Shown: positions 23,881-35,968 of the stretch, piece after piece
Position numbering within the stretch: position 1 is the stretch's first letter
Layout of the letters: the number at the start of each line of letters is the position of its first letter
Source: Octopus sinensis
Taxonomy: Eukaryota
Reading direction: 5' to 3'
DNA length: 64,000 bases
NCBI RefSeq assembly: GCF_006345805.1
Contig: NC_043000.1
Span: forward strand, 111,848,001-111,912,000
Program-made: the position numbers and the translations under genes
Notes under the pieces: model-generated
Databases searched by the model: none
The model's input: only the letters and a program-made list of their open reading frames with translations
Told to the model about the DNA's origin: nothing

Positions 23881-26800
23881 ACTGGATAGCAATGATATGG
23901 GGGGGGAGCCCTTGAGGCCAGGATTGGGGAGAGGTAGGCGTAGTGCATGAAGGAGGAAATGTGAGGAAGAGAAGAGATGTAGATTGGTTTGTTGGAGTAG
24001 GATGTGTGTAAAGTTTTCTTAATGTGCGTGAGTGGAACACACAGGTCAAGGGTTAGCAGATACCAGTGATACAGTGAGGCAGGGCCAAGAGGACAGGGTT
24101 GGGGAGTTGGGGGTAAGCATAGTGCATGAAGTGGAAATGCGAGAAGAGAAAAGATGTGGTTTGGTTTGTTAATAGAGAATGTAGAAAGATAGATAGATCA
24201 ACATTGTTTGTATCAGCATAATTAAGTTATAAGTAAATTCCTCAGTCATTTTGCTGTTTTATTATAAGTTATTGTTGTAATTGACTGAGAGAGATTAGGC
24301 AGTCTTCATAAATTGACAGAGAATGAAAGAGACAGACTGAGAATAGAGAGAGAATAGCAAACAGGCAGACAGATTACTGCTGCATGAGTCAGCTGTGTTA
24401 GAAATAAAGAATCTTTGTGGTTGTCACATTGTGGATTGTTGTTATTGTACTTATGTTGTTGTTGTTGTATCCAATTATCAGTGGATCTGACTGAACTGAT
24501 TGTTCGCTTGTTACTTCCTTAATGTAGTGACTTAACAGAAATTGGTAGCTCTGAGACATTTTGTATTTTGACATTTCTTGTCATCATCATTATCATCATC
24601 GTTTAACGTCCGCTTTCCATGCTAGCATGGGTTGGACGGTTTGACTGAAGGCTGGCGAACCAGATGGCTGCACCAGACTCCAATCTGATCTGGCAGTGTT
24701 TCTACAGCTGGATACCCTTTCTAATGTCAGCCACTCTGAGAGTGTAGTGGGTGCTTTTTATGTGCCACCGGCACGGGGCCAGTCAGGCGGTACTGGCAAC
24801 GACCTCACTCGAATCTTTTACACATGCCACCGGCACAGGTGCCAGTAAGGCGACATTGGTAACGATCACGCTCGAATGGTGTCTTTATGTGCCACTGGCA
24901 CGGAGGCCAGATAGCTGCTCTGGCAACGATCACGCTCTTGTATTTCTTCTCAACCCCAATCCTGCCTTAGTTGACCTTAACTTTCATTCTCTAAAGACCA
25001 ATACTGCAAGAACCAGTTGTCATCGGTGTTGTTTAGCCCCGGGCCAACCAAACCTGGTTGAGATTTGTGACCAATGACATTCCCACTTTGACCATCCTGC
25101 CAATTTCATATATTCAGGTCTCCATTGTCCAATGTTTTGTTTCATGTTCTTAAGATGGTAGGGTATGATTTGAGGGACTTTGGGAACTACTTCTAGTCTT
25201 TTGTCAAAACTGAGCTTCATCTCCAAAGAAAACAGGGTCCAGTTTTCTGTCAAAACTAGAGTCTTTTATTCAATTAAAACAGATACGTAGTGACCATCCA
25301 GTCAAAAACAGAGCCCTGTTGTGCAGACAAATCTGGAATTTAACCTTCAGGTAAAACTAAGGTCCAGGCAAAAATGGGGTTTAGTCTCCTGTTAAAATGA
25401 GGTCCAATGCCTAGCTAAAACAATGAGCTAGTATTCAGTCGAAACCAGGATGTGTATAAGATCAATTGTCACGTTAAAACCACTGACTTCTGTCTGTTTA
25501 AACCTGAGGCCAGTTAAAATAGGACCCATTGTCTAGTTGGAACTGAGTAAATAACAGCTCAGTTTCGTGTGTGTGTGTATGTGCGTGCTTTATGATCACG
25601 TGTTTGTGTGTGTGTATTTGTAGTCATAAACATTGTCTGTATGTGCATGCATATACTGTAGTCATGTGCCATGTACGTGTCTGTGTGTGTGCAGTTGTCA
25701 CATGCAATGCTTGTGTGTATGGTATCCTTGAATTGATAGCATTCTATATAGAAGTGTTTGCGTGTGTGTATGTATGTGTAGTACTTAATTCTTGTTGGGT
25801 GTACATATATGGAAAAATACCAGAATCTTGTTTATATATTTTCCTGTATCTTAATTTTTTCCAGATTAAGCTAATCTCCCAGATACAGTTACTATCATTC
25901 ATTTCTACTCTTCTTCAATTCAGACGTCTCTCACATGCAGAATATTCTTCCTCTTCCGTTTCTCTGGGTCCCTTTCATTCCTTTTTTTCCTCTACTTTGA
26001 CTCCCCCCCAACCATTCTATGTTTAATTAAAATCCTATTATATTTTTGTAATTAAATATCTTGAGCAAATGTCTTCTATAGCTTCGGGCCAACCAAAGCC
26101 TTGTGAGCAGATTTGGTAGATGGAAACTGAAAGAAGCCCATCATATGTGTGTGTTTGTCCCCCCCACCATTGCTTGACAACTGATGTTGTGTGTTTACGT
26201 TGCTGTAACTTAGCAGTTCATTGAAAGAGACTGATAGAATAAGTACTAGGCTTATAAAGAATAAGTCCTGTGGTCCATTTGTTCGACTAAAGGTGGTGCT
26301 CCAGCATGGCCACAGTCAAATGACTGAAACAAAGAAAAGAATAAAAAAAGAACAGATATTATGAGGAATCATAGAGAAATAATAAAAATATTGTTTGTAT
26401 TGTAGAAATGTAAGCAATGTTTTGTAGATAAATTTTAACAAGAAGACCTTATGTGGTCCCTGGTTGAGAATAATATTGTGGTAAGTTTGGATATGTCTCT
26501 TAGCATTTCTCTTCACAATGACTTGGGTGGTCCCTGGTTCAATCTCAGCACATAGAACCTTGGGTAAATGTCTTCTGTTGTAAACTTGGGTTGACCAATG
26601 ATTTGTCCTCATTTTGTTTGTTGCTAACAAGTTTCGCCTGATATACCCTCCTGATATTTCTTAAGATGTTATCCTGGGTGTTATTTGTGACTGAACATCC
26701 AGTGTCCAGTTTAACACCATCAGCTGACATTTGGGTCTCTTTGGTGGAGTCTTTTTCTGTTACAAGCAATATGGGTGAAGTCTGTGTTTGGAGGACAACT

Positions 26801-27639
26801 TCCTCTCTTCATTCCATCAGTCACAGTGGCCTTGAAAAGGGTTTGAAGAAGGCCCTGGGCACTGCCTTGCCTCTCCTGGTGAAGCAGTTATAGAGAAAAA
26901 CTGTAAGTAAAAAAATTGCTTGGTTTGGTTTTCCTTTTTGAAGAAATTTGAAAATAAATCTTTTTTTTCTTTTTTCATAATATTACAAAAATGCAAATGA
27001 AACTACAAATCCTAGTTCCTTAGAAAATACTCAATGGAAAAAAAAAGTTGGGAGAGTTACCATAGGAATTGAACCATGTATCTGTATATATATCTTCAAT
27101 ATCAACTTTCTGGATATTTTATTTGTGTGTGTTTTATATCCTCCTTCTCCTCATCATCATCATTGTCATCATTGTATGACTGCTCTCCAAGCTGCCATGG
27201 GATGGACAGGTCATAGTGGCTTAAATCAGTTCTTGTTTATTCTGCTGTCCAACCAGGTGCAGCCAGAGGACCGAGTCTCTCTCCTGTTTCCATTTGGCAT
27301 TGTTTCTCCTGCTGGATGTGTGTACATGTGTATGTATGTGTGTATTTGTGTATGTGTGTGTACATATGTGGAGTGGACACTTAAAATGGGCTTGTGAGGA
27401 AGGAGTTGTTCCCAGGAACAAAGATTATTGTTGTAGTTGTTAAATGTACCGGTAGACCACAGTCCCACGTTATAATGGGACTATTATAAAATATTAGCAG
27501 GAACTTATTGAAGTTGAAGGGTAGTTGCTTTTCCTTTTTTTTTTTTTTTTACATAAATCAGTGATTGATGCTTGAGATTTATGACTGACAGGAACGATTT
27601 AAAGCAAATAAATCTTTCTCTTGTTGCTTCCTACAGAAA

Positions 27640-27840
27640 ATGTCTGCCGAAAGGCCAGTGAAACGAGCTGGTAGAAGAGGCAGAAAACCTTCCAAGATTG
27701 ACCAGAAGGCTCGGCTAGAAAGAAGCCGGCAGAGTGCAAGAGAATGTCGAGCAAGGAAGAAACTGCGTTACCAATATCTGGAAGAACTTGTTGTTTTACG
27801 AGAAAGGTCGATATTTTCGTTACGGGATGAACTTGAGCGG
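27640..27840 (+). CDS. CREBL2: CREBL2 / REPTOR-BP-like bZIP protein, first coding exon (67 codons)
   Basis: Translation MSAERPVKRAGRRGRKPSKIDQKARLERSRQSARECRARKKLRYQYLEELVVLRERSIFSLRDELER contains the CREBL2 signature GRKP.KID.KA.LERSRQSARECRARKKLRYQYLEELV. Acceptor ttcctacag ends at 27636, just before AAA ATG. Donor CGG|gtgagt at 27841 (phase 0). Confidence 0.95.
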
Positions 27841-28220
27841 GTGAGTATTTTCTCCTTATTTCTTGCACTAATCACCCCCAGAATCAATAAAAACAAGTAA
27901 CCAGCCATGTCCAAGATTTGGTTTTAATCAACCACACATCTTCACAATCATTTATAGTTGTGTGTCTCAGTTAGAAATTTATTATTATTATTATTATTTG
28001 TCTCCCTCATCCTTTGCCCTGGTGACAAACAAACCTTCGTTATCATTATTATTATTATTATTATTACATAAGGCAGTATCCACTAAGGCTGACTTTGCCT
28101 TTCATCTTTTTGGGGTCATTAAAATAAGCACCACTTGAATACAGAGGTCAATGAAATCCACTTAACCCCACCTCCTGAACTTGCTGGCCTTGTGCCAAAA
28201 TTTGAAACCATTATTATTAT

Positions 28221-29665
28221 GTTCATCATAGTCCTCCAGGCAATAACAGAGGAATGCAAGACAGGCTGTCCCTGGGAACTCCTCTATGCTGATGACCTTG
28301 CTCTTATAGATAAATCACTACCTGAACTAGAGAAGAAGTTTCAGGTATGGAAGCAAGGTCTAGAATCAAAGGGCCTTAGAGTTAACCTAGCGAAAGTCTT
28401 AGTAAGTAGGAAGGCAGACAAATCACAAATCCCTTCAAGAAGATGGCCCTACTCAATCTGTAGAAAAGGTGAGGGTAGAAACTCCATAAGATGCACCCAG
28501 TGTAAGCTTTGGACACAAAATGTGCAGCAATATCAGAGGAAGGTTAACAGGGAAACTAGCTTTTGTATGCAGGAGATGCACAGGTACAATAAGCACTGAA
28601 AATGGGCAGAAAATAGACTCCATCAACTGCCAGGGGTGCAAGCTAGAGGTAGCAGATAGCTTCCGTTATCTAGGTGACAAAGTTAGTAGTGGAGGTGGAT
28701 GTTCCGAGAGCATAGTTGTGAGAATAAGTTTAGGATGGGTAAAGTTCAGAGAGCTCCTACCTCTACTGACCAAAAAGGGCCCCTCTCTCTCTCTCAGAAA
28801 GAAATGCAGAATGTTTGATGCTTGTGTGCAAACAGCTATGCTGCATGGCAGTGAAACATGGGCTGTGACAGCCATGTATATGCGTAGTCTTGAAAGAAAT
28901 GAAGCCAATATGCTTCGCTGGATGTGCAATGTCAGTGTGCATGTTTGACAGAGTGTAAGCATCTTGAGAGAAAAGTTAGGCATAAGAGGAATCAGGTGTG
29001 GTGTGCAAGAGAGATGACCACACTGGTATGGTCATGTGATGTGTATCGAGAAGGACATTTGTGTATAGAAGTGCCAATCTCTAACTATGTAGGGAATCTC
29101 TGGTAGAAGTAGACCCAGGAAGACATGGGACAAGGTGATGAAGCATGATCTTCGAAGTTTGGGCCTCACACAGGCAATGACTAGTGACCAAGACCTTTGG
29201 CGATATGCTGTACTTGAGAGGATTCATCAAGCCAAGGGTTACTGTGCTGGTAGCATGTAAAGAACACCTTTCATGCATTGGCCCTCACGGAGGTAAAGTG
29301 ACTGAGTTCCTTTCAAGTGTTAGGCTTCACAGAGGCAATGATCGAGATCGTTGGCATTATGTCGTGCTTGAGAAGAAGACCCATCAAGTTGAGCAAAATC
29401 GCAGTCATGCAGATACCAGTGTTGCATAAATTGGCACCCATGCTGGTGGCACGTAAAAGCACCCCAGTGTCATGCAAATGGCACCCATACTGGTGGTATG
29501 TAAAATCACTGATTACACACTCAGAGTGGTTGGCATTTGGAAGGGCATCCAGCTGTAGAAAACCATGCCAAATCAAACTGGAGTCTGGTACAGCCTTCCA
29601 GCGTGCCAGCCCCAGTCAAACCATCCAACCTATGCCAGCATGGACAACGGACATTAAATGATGAT
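28221..29665 (+). mobile_element. RTE-clade LINE, 5'-truncated: RT C-terminal half (frameshifted) plus 3' UTR with (GAT)n tail
   Basis: FIIVLQAITEE...PWELLYADDLALI, FRYLGD, MFDACVQTAMLHGSETWA...ERNEANMLRWMCNV. Runs directly into the abundant ...ccaacccatgccagcatgga...aaatgatgatga 3' end, which identifies that repeat (family C) as the RTE 3' UTR. Confidence 0.9.
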
Positions 29666-29749
29666 GATGAATATAAAGACAGATGAAATGCCGCTAAGCA
29701 TTTTATCCAGCATGTTAATGAGTTTGCCATCTTAATAATAATAATAATA

Positions 29750-30640
29750 ATCCTTTTTATTAAAGGTACAAAGCCCGAAATTTGAGGGAGGAGGGGATGT
29801 GTTAATTACATCGACCCCAGTGTTTTACTGGTACTTAATTTAACAACCTTGAATGGATGAAAGGTAAAGTCAACCTTGGCAGAATTTGAACTCAAAACAC
29901 AGTGGCAGACAAAATACCGCTAACCATTTCACCCGGCATGCTAACAATTCTGCCAGCTCGCTGCCTTAATAATAATAATAATAATCACTTCTACTGGAAG
30001 CACAAGACCTCAAATTTGGGAGAAGGGATTAAGTCAATGACATCGACCCCAGTGCATAACTGGTACTTAATTTATTGACCCCGAAAGGATGAAAGGCAAA
30101 GTTGGCCCTGATGGCATTTGAACTCAGAACATGAAAACAGATGAAATACCTATTTCATTACTACCCACAGGGGGGCTAAACACAGAGATGACAAACAAGG
30201 ACAGACAAATGGATTAAGTTGATTATATTGATCCCTGTGCGTAACTGGTACTTATTTAATTGACCCCGAAAGGATGAAAGGCGAAGTCGACCTCAGCGGA
30301 ATTTGAACTCAAACATAGCGGCAGACAAAATACCGCTAAGCATTTCGCCTGGCATGCTAACATTTCTGCCAGCTCGCCGCCTTAATAATAATAATAATAA
30401 TAATAATCGTTTCTACTGGAAGCACAAGGCCTCAAATTTGGGGGAAGGGATTAAGTCAATTACATCGACCCCAGTGCATAGCTGGTACTTAATTTATCGA
30501 CTCCGAAAGGATGAAAGGCAAAGGGCACCCTGATGGCATTTGAACTCAGAACATGAAGACAGATGAAATACAGCTAGGCATTTCACCTGACGTGCTAATG
30601 ATTCTGCCAGCTCACCGCCTTAGTAATAATAATAATAATA
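29750..30640 (-). mobile_element. Head-to-tail array of four SINE family B copies with (AAT)n spacers
   Basis: Repeated cgaccccgaaaggatgaaaggc...gaactcagaac...ctgccagctc units. Confidence 0.85.
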
Positions 30641-31233
30641 ACAACAACAACACTTACTTAAGCCTTTCACTTCCTACAGAGTGTAGACCATTGACATTTT
30701 TTCTCTGTTGTCTTCAGTTTTGGGCTGTATTTTCTCTCTCCCGGGTCATGTTAGTTTTGAATAGTCATCGATGCTTCTGTAACTTTGCATTTTTCTAGAT
30801 AGGGGTGTTCAATCTATACAAGCCTTTTTTTTTTTTTCTTTGGGAAGAGGTGATCCATATTAGTCTGGCTTCTATCCTTTGACTTGTCCAACATGGGAGG
30901 ACTGACCAATAACTTATGCTCTGCTGGCATAACTCTCAAGACCATTGAAGCACAAAACCCTCCACAGCGCAACAAGGATTAGACTTTGTGATGGAATAAT
31001 AATAATAATTATTATTATTGTTATTATTATTTCTTTATTGCCCACAGGGGGCTAAACATAGAGGGGACAAACAAGGAGAGACAAGCGGATTAAGTCAATG
31101 ACATCGACCCCAGTGCGTACCTGGTATTTATTTATCGACCCCGAAAGGATGAAAGGCAAAGTCAACCTCAGTAGAATTTCAACTCAGAACGTAGCGGCAG
31201 ACGAAATACCGCTAAGCATTTTGCCCGGCACGC

Positions 31234-31271
<38 letters not shown>

Positions 31272-31640
31272 TTTTCCCTAACCACAGGACCATTGTGCAC
31301 AAAGATGTATGTTAAATAGAATTTAGCTCGGTATATTACTGGTATATATTTTATCAATCCTGCAGACAGCAATGAAGATTTGTTAGCTTATAGTTCAGAA
31401 GCTGTTACCATTAAGGACATTACAGAACAGCTTTATTACTAATGGAATCACAGGAGCAATGCCTTTTGCCCCACCCCCAGCTCCTCCTTATATATAGAAT
31501 GTTGAGATTTGGGGGAAAATAAAATTTCTTGAAACATTATTTGTGGTTTCCACTTTTTCTTTGAACATTTTTCTGGTAAATTTCATTTCCATACCTATAC
31601 AAACTTAGGTGTAAGTATCTGTGTGTATATGGATGATATA

Positions 31641-31708
<68 letters not shown>

Positions 31709-32110
31709 GGCGCAAGAGTGGCTGTGTGGTAAGTAGCTTGCTTACCAACCATATGGTTCCGGGTTCAGACCCACTGTATGGCACCTTAGGCAAGTGATTT
31801 CTACTATAGCCTCAGACCGACCAAAGCCTTGTGAGTGGATTTGGTAGATGGAAACTGAAAGAGGCCCATCATATATATATATATAATGTATATATGTATA
31901 TATGTTCGTGTGTCTGTGTTTGTCCCCCAACATCGCTTGACAACCAATGCTGGTGTGTTTACATCCCCGTAATTTTGTGGTTCGGCAAAAGAGACTGATA
32001 GAATAAGTACTAGGCTTACAAAGAATAAGTCCTGGGATCGATTTGCTCGACTAGGGGCAGTGCTCCAGCATGGCTGCAGTCAAATGACTGAAACAAGAAA
32101 AGAATAAAAG
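31709..32110 (+). mobile_element. Full-length SINE family A in the CREBL2 intron
   Basis: Colinear with 3208-3608. Confidence 0.85.
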
Positions 32111-33925
32111 AATATATATATATATATGTTGTGTGTGTGTGTGTGTGTGTGTGTATAAAAGCTGGAAATGCATTAGGAATTTACTGGTTTCACAATTTCA
32201 TATTTTTCTAAAAATGAAAGTGAACAGAATCTGGAGCTATACAGTATTTGTTTTAACTCTGGAATGAGGAATTATTTCTCCTTTTTATAGAGAAATCATG
32301 GCTCAATTTGTCATCAGTTGAAGTATAGTTTGGTTAGTTGAAGCTTGTCACAAGAACATGTGACAGTATAAATGATAGTTGCATTAGAAGTTAAAGTGTC
32401 ATTAAACCAGTGAAAGTGTTATATAAGAGTATGGATAACAATTGTACATTCCATCTGTGTATTGGGTGAGAATGTGAACTAAACATTACAAAAATGCAGT
32501 GTAGTGTCTCTATTTGGTTTGTTGCTATAGCTTATTCAGTCATGCCTTTTGTTTTCAATAATCATATTTTAGTTTTACTAGAACAAAAGATAAAGTGGGG
32601 AAACTAGGAATTTTGGGTGTTCCACATGTGTAAAAAATGTTCACTTAGTCAACTCTGTCTGGTATTAGAATTTCATATTTGTTCCTTACAACTAAGTCTT
32701 AATTTCATTTAATCTATGTAATTGTCTTAAATTGGGGCAACCTTTGTTCCCATTGCAGATACAGATACTTGTTACATTTGATGAAGGTTGAAGTGATTTT
32801 TATTTTACAATGAAAAATGTTATTTAAAAGATGTCTTCCATAAGGTTAGGGTTCCATCGTTAGGGGTGACCACAATTTTGACTGTTAATATTGTGTTTGT
32901 AATGCATAATTTGCTGTTGATATTTAATTTTTTTAGGGATTTTACCTATCATATAATTTTTATTTCGAGTTTTTTTTTAAATTCTAGGGTTGTACTTCAC
33001 AAATGAATGGTTTGATGGATAGTGGTTTATGTTTCTGTGTTTCTTGGATTGTATATTGTGATGTCTTATTTATTTTAGTAATTCTTGAATGTCTATTGCT
33101 TTGGCATGTTCCATTCTGTTACCAATTCCTTTTTCTTGGGTTCTGTCTATCAAGTTGTATTTGTTTTAATTTGTAGAGGATTTTATTTTGAATTTCAAAA
33201 TTTGAAATGATTGGACATACCCTTTCTGGGAGATTAAATGGTTTATCTATTTTCGTGTGTTTTGGTTGGCAGCAAATAGTAATGTTTAGAGTCCATTGGT
33301 TTGTAATGGATGTCAATTTTGATGTTTGCATCTTTTTGATTATCAAACCATCCAGGCTATGTAGTTTTTTTTATTTACTGCATTCCATTGTTAACTATAT
33401 ATTATTGCTTGCTATTAATTAGGGTTTTCAAATTATGTTGCTCAAATCATGGGTCTTCAGAATAAGACAGTCGTTTCAGTAATTTTTCTAATTTTCTAAA
33501 GGATATTTGTGAAAGCTGTTGCCGTACTTCATCTATTTTAACTCCTAGGTATGCCATGACCACATCGGTCTAAGTTGGAGCATCCTTTGTTTCCTCACAG
33601 TCGCGTACTTGTTCATAAATTCTCTCTTGGAAGATTAAAAAATTGTTTTGAATGATAATTTAATTCCTTCAGTAATTAATCTTTCTCTGTTCAATGTTGG
33701 ATTTTATTGGGAAATTTCTCAAGCCAGAATTTTATGGCTCCAAGTCCATAGTCATGTTGTGTACAAATATAAATGTTTATTGCATTAAATAATAGTGTTT
33801 TTGTTAACTTATTTTCAAATGATGGTTTTACAGCTCTAAGTCATCTTTTATAAGGCTTGCTGTGTGTTTCAGAATGGTTTTCAGCACTATATCTACAATG
33901 AATAGAGTATTAATTAGAGAGGCAG

Positions 33926-34210
33926 GTGAGTTATGTAGACCCGGTTGGTGGCACAAGGGAGTCATGGAAGCATAAGTGAGTTGTGTAGACCTGGTTGGTG
34001 GCACAGGGGAGTCATGGAGGCATAAGTGAGTTATGTAGACCTGGTTGGTGGCACAAGGGAGTCATGGAGGCATGAGTGAGTTATGTAGACCTGGTTGGAT
34101 GCAGAAGGGAGGCATGGAGGCATGAGTGAGTTATGTAGACCTGGTTGCTGGAACAAAGGAGTTATGGAGGCATAAGTGAGTTGTGTAGACCTGGTTGGAT
34201 GCACAAGTGA
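33926..34210 (+). repeat. 50-bp minisatellite, about 5.7 units
   Basis: gtgagttatgtagacctggttggtggcacaagggagtcatggaggcataa units start at 33926, 33976, 34026, 34076, 34126 and 34176. Confidence 0.95.
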
Positions 34211-34245
34211 ATCGTGTGCAGGTCTGACTGGAGGTGAAAGTGAGT

Positions 34246-35148
34246 CATGTGATATCAAAAAATTTCTGGACTAGTTCTGCAGTGCAATAACAGATGGCAG
34301 CATGTGGTCATGTGCACAGTGAGTGCTAGCAGTGACCTTTATGATGCAGTTTGTCAAGTAACATTTCTGTGTTTACTTTGCAAATTGTAAAATTTGGGTT
34401 TTTGTGATCAAGTGTATGCTGTAGCCTGTGATTTTGTCATGGAACCAAGACAGGAACAAAGAGCAAACGAGGAATTTTGTGTTAAACTTGGGAAGTCTAC
34501 TACAGAGACATTGGGCATGCTTCAACGAGCTTACAGCAATATGAGGTAATGGATCATGCACAATGTTTTGAGTGGCATGGATGCTTCCAAAGTGGAAGAA
34601 AGTCTCCGGAACATGATGAGCAATCTGAAAGACCTATCACGAGTGTCACACGAGGAAATGGGGTATTGGGCATTGAGAGTTTGTCCCCCAGGACCAGACC
34701 ATCAATCGAGTGTTCTACTGCAACATTTTGAAACATTTGAGGGAGGACATTTGGTGAAAGAATTGGATTCTTGATGATTACAATGGACCCTTCTACTGAG
34801 CTCTCCTCTCTTGTGAGTTTCTCACCAAAAACTTGGTATTGCTTCTGCACCTTCCCTATTTGCCAGATTTAGCCCCTGCAGTCTTTCAATTCTTCCCCAA
34901 GATGAAAATGCAGCTCAAAGGTCACTGTTTTAATATTGTTGTTGAGATCCAGAGAGAATTGCAAAAAGTCCTTGACTCACTTGCAGAAAACAACTTCCAA
35001 GCTGGATTCCAAAAGTGGCAGAAACACTGGCACCAGTGTATTGCTATGCAAGGTGACTATTCGGAAGGAGATGATGTGAAAACTTGTGTAAATAAGTTAT
35101 TTTTTATTAAACATAACTAGTCTGGGAACTTTTTACTACCACCTCGTA
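34246..35148 (+). mobile_element. Internally deleted mariner (Tc1/mariner) remnant
   Basis: N-term EQRANEEFCVKLGKSTTETLGMLQRAY, FEWHGCFQSGRKSPEHDEQSERP; C-term LPYLPDLAPAVFQFFPKMK...WHQCIAMQGDYSE. Ends aaaaatttctggactagt / actagtctgggaactttt...cctcgta. Confidence 0.85.
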
Positions 35149-35772
35149 CACCAGGCATGAAACCATTTAGGTTTGAGTAGCAAAAAACGCTGCTGCAGTG
35201 GGAAAATGGCACAGTGAAGTGAGACAGGATTTCGTATTAATGGATTGGATTGTTTTACAGTTATTGTGAATCAGATGAGGTAACTGCATGGGAGGTGAGG
35301 TAAAGTTTGAGACAATACTTTCGAGTAATTGGTTGTGTTTTACTATACGTTCTAAATTTAAATAAGTGTCATACTAAATATAGAATGGTGTTGGTGGTGT
35401 TGATGGGGGAGAGCTTTACTAAATATAATAGTGTGGTGCTGGTAGTTAGTATTAATGATGCATCAGATATCTTTAGATGTATCTAATTTCACTTATCTAG
35501 ATTTTGAGTTTCAATCTCAACAGTCAACTTTCATTCCTCCAAGATTCATAAAATACATACCAGTTATATACTGCAGCATTTATATTACTATATCCGACCC
35601 CTTCTCTTCAACAAACGTATCGTTATATGTTATCAGAAAATAATTTTATAACTGATAATATAATTTTTTATAATAACTTTTTTTTTTTTACAAATCTTTT
35701 TCTGTAATAAATGTAAAACAAACATTTCTTTTGAATCATACCATATTCTTCAGCTGCTATTTGGAGATAAAT

Positions 35773-35968
35773 TACCATATTTGATGGTGTATAAGATGTC
35801 ATCTTCTCCCTGCAAAAAGTTCCCCAAAAATCACCACAGGTCTTATATCCAAAACTGGGCCCATCTTACATGCTTTAATGCACTAAAAATATTTTTCTTG
35901 AATATGCACTTCTGAAGTTGAGATGCATCTAACATGGCCGTGTGTCTTTTATGCCATCTTGTACTGTA
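35773..35968. mobile_element. Degenerate pogo-like MITE
   Basis: Imperfect inverted ends taccatatttgatggtgtataagatg / tgtcttttatgccatcttgtactgta with TA flanks. Confidence 0.4.

Noticed and set aside
26545-26808. Minus-strand ORF LLVTEKDSTKETQ... as an exon of an antisense gene
   Set aside because: All frames from the apparent acceptor hit stops; the acceptor is simply the reverse complement of the plus-strand donor.
33430-33800. Minus-strand YLGVKIDE motif suggesting an old LINE RT
   Set aside because: Too decayed to assign from one short motif.
33926-34210. CRISPR-like array
   Set aside because: Contiguous tandem units with no unique spacers; eukaryotic context.
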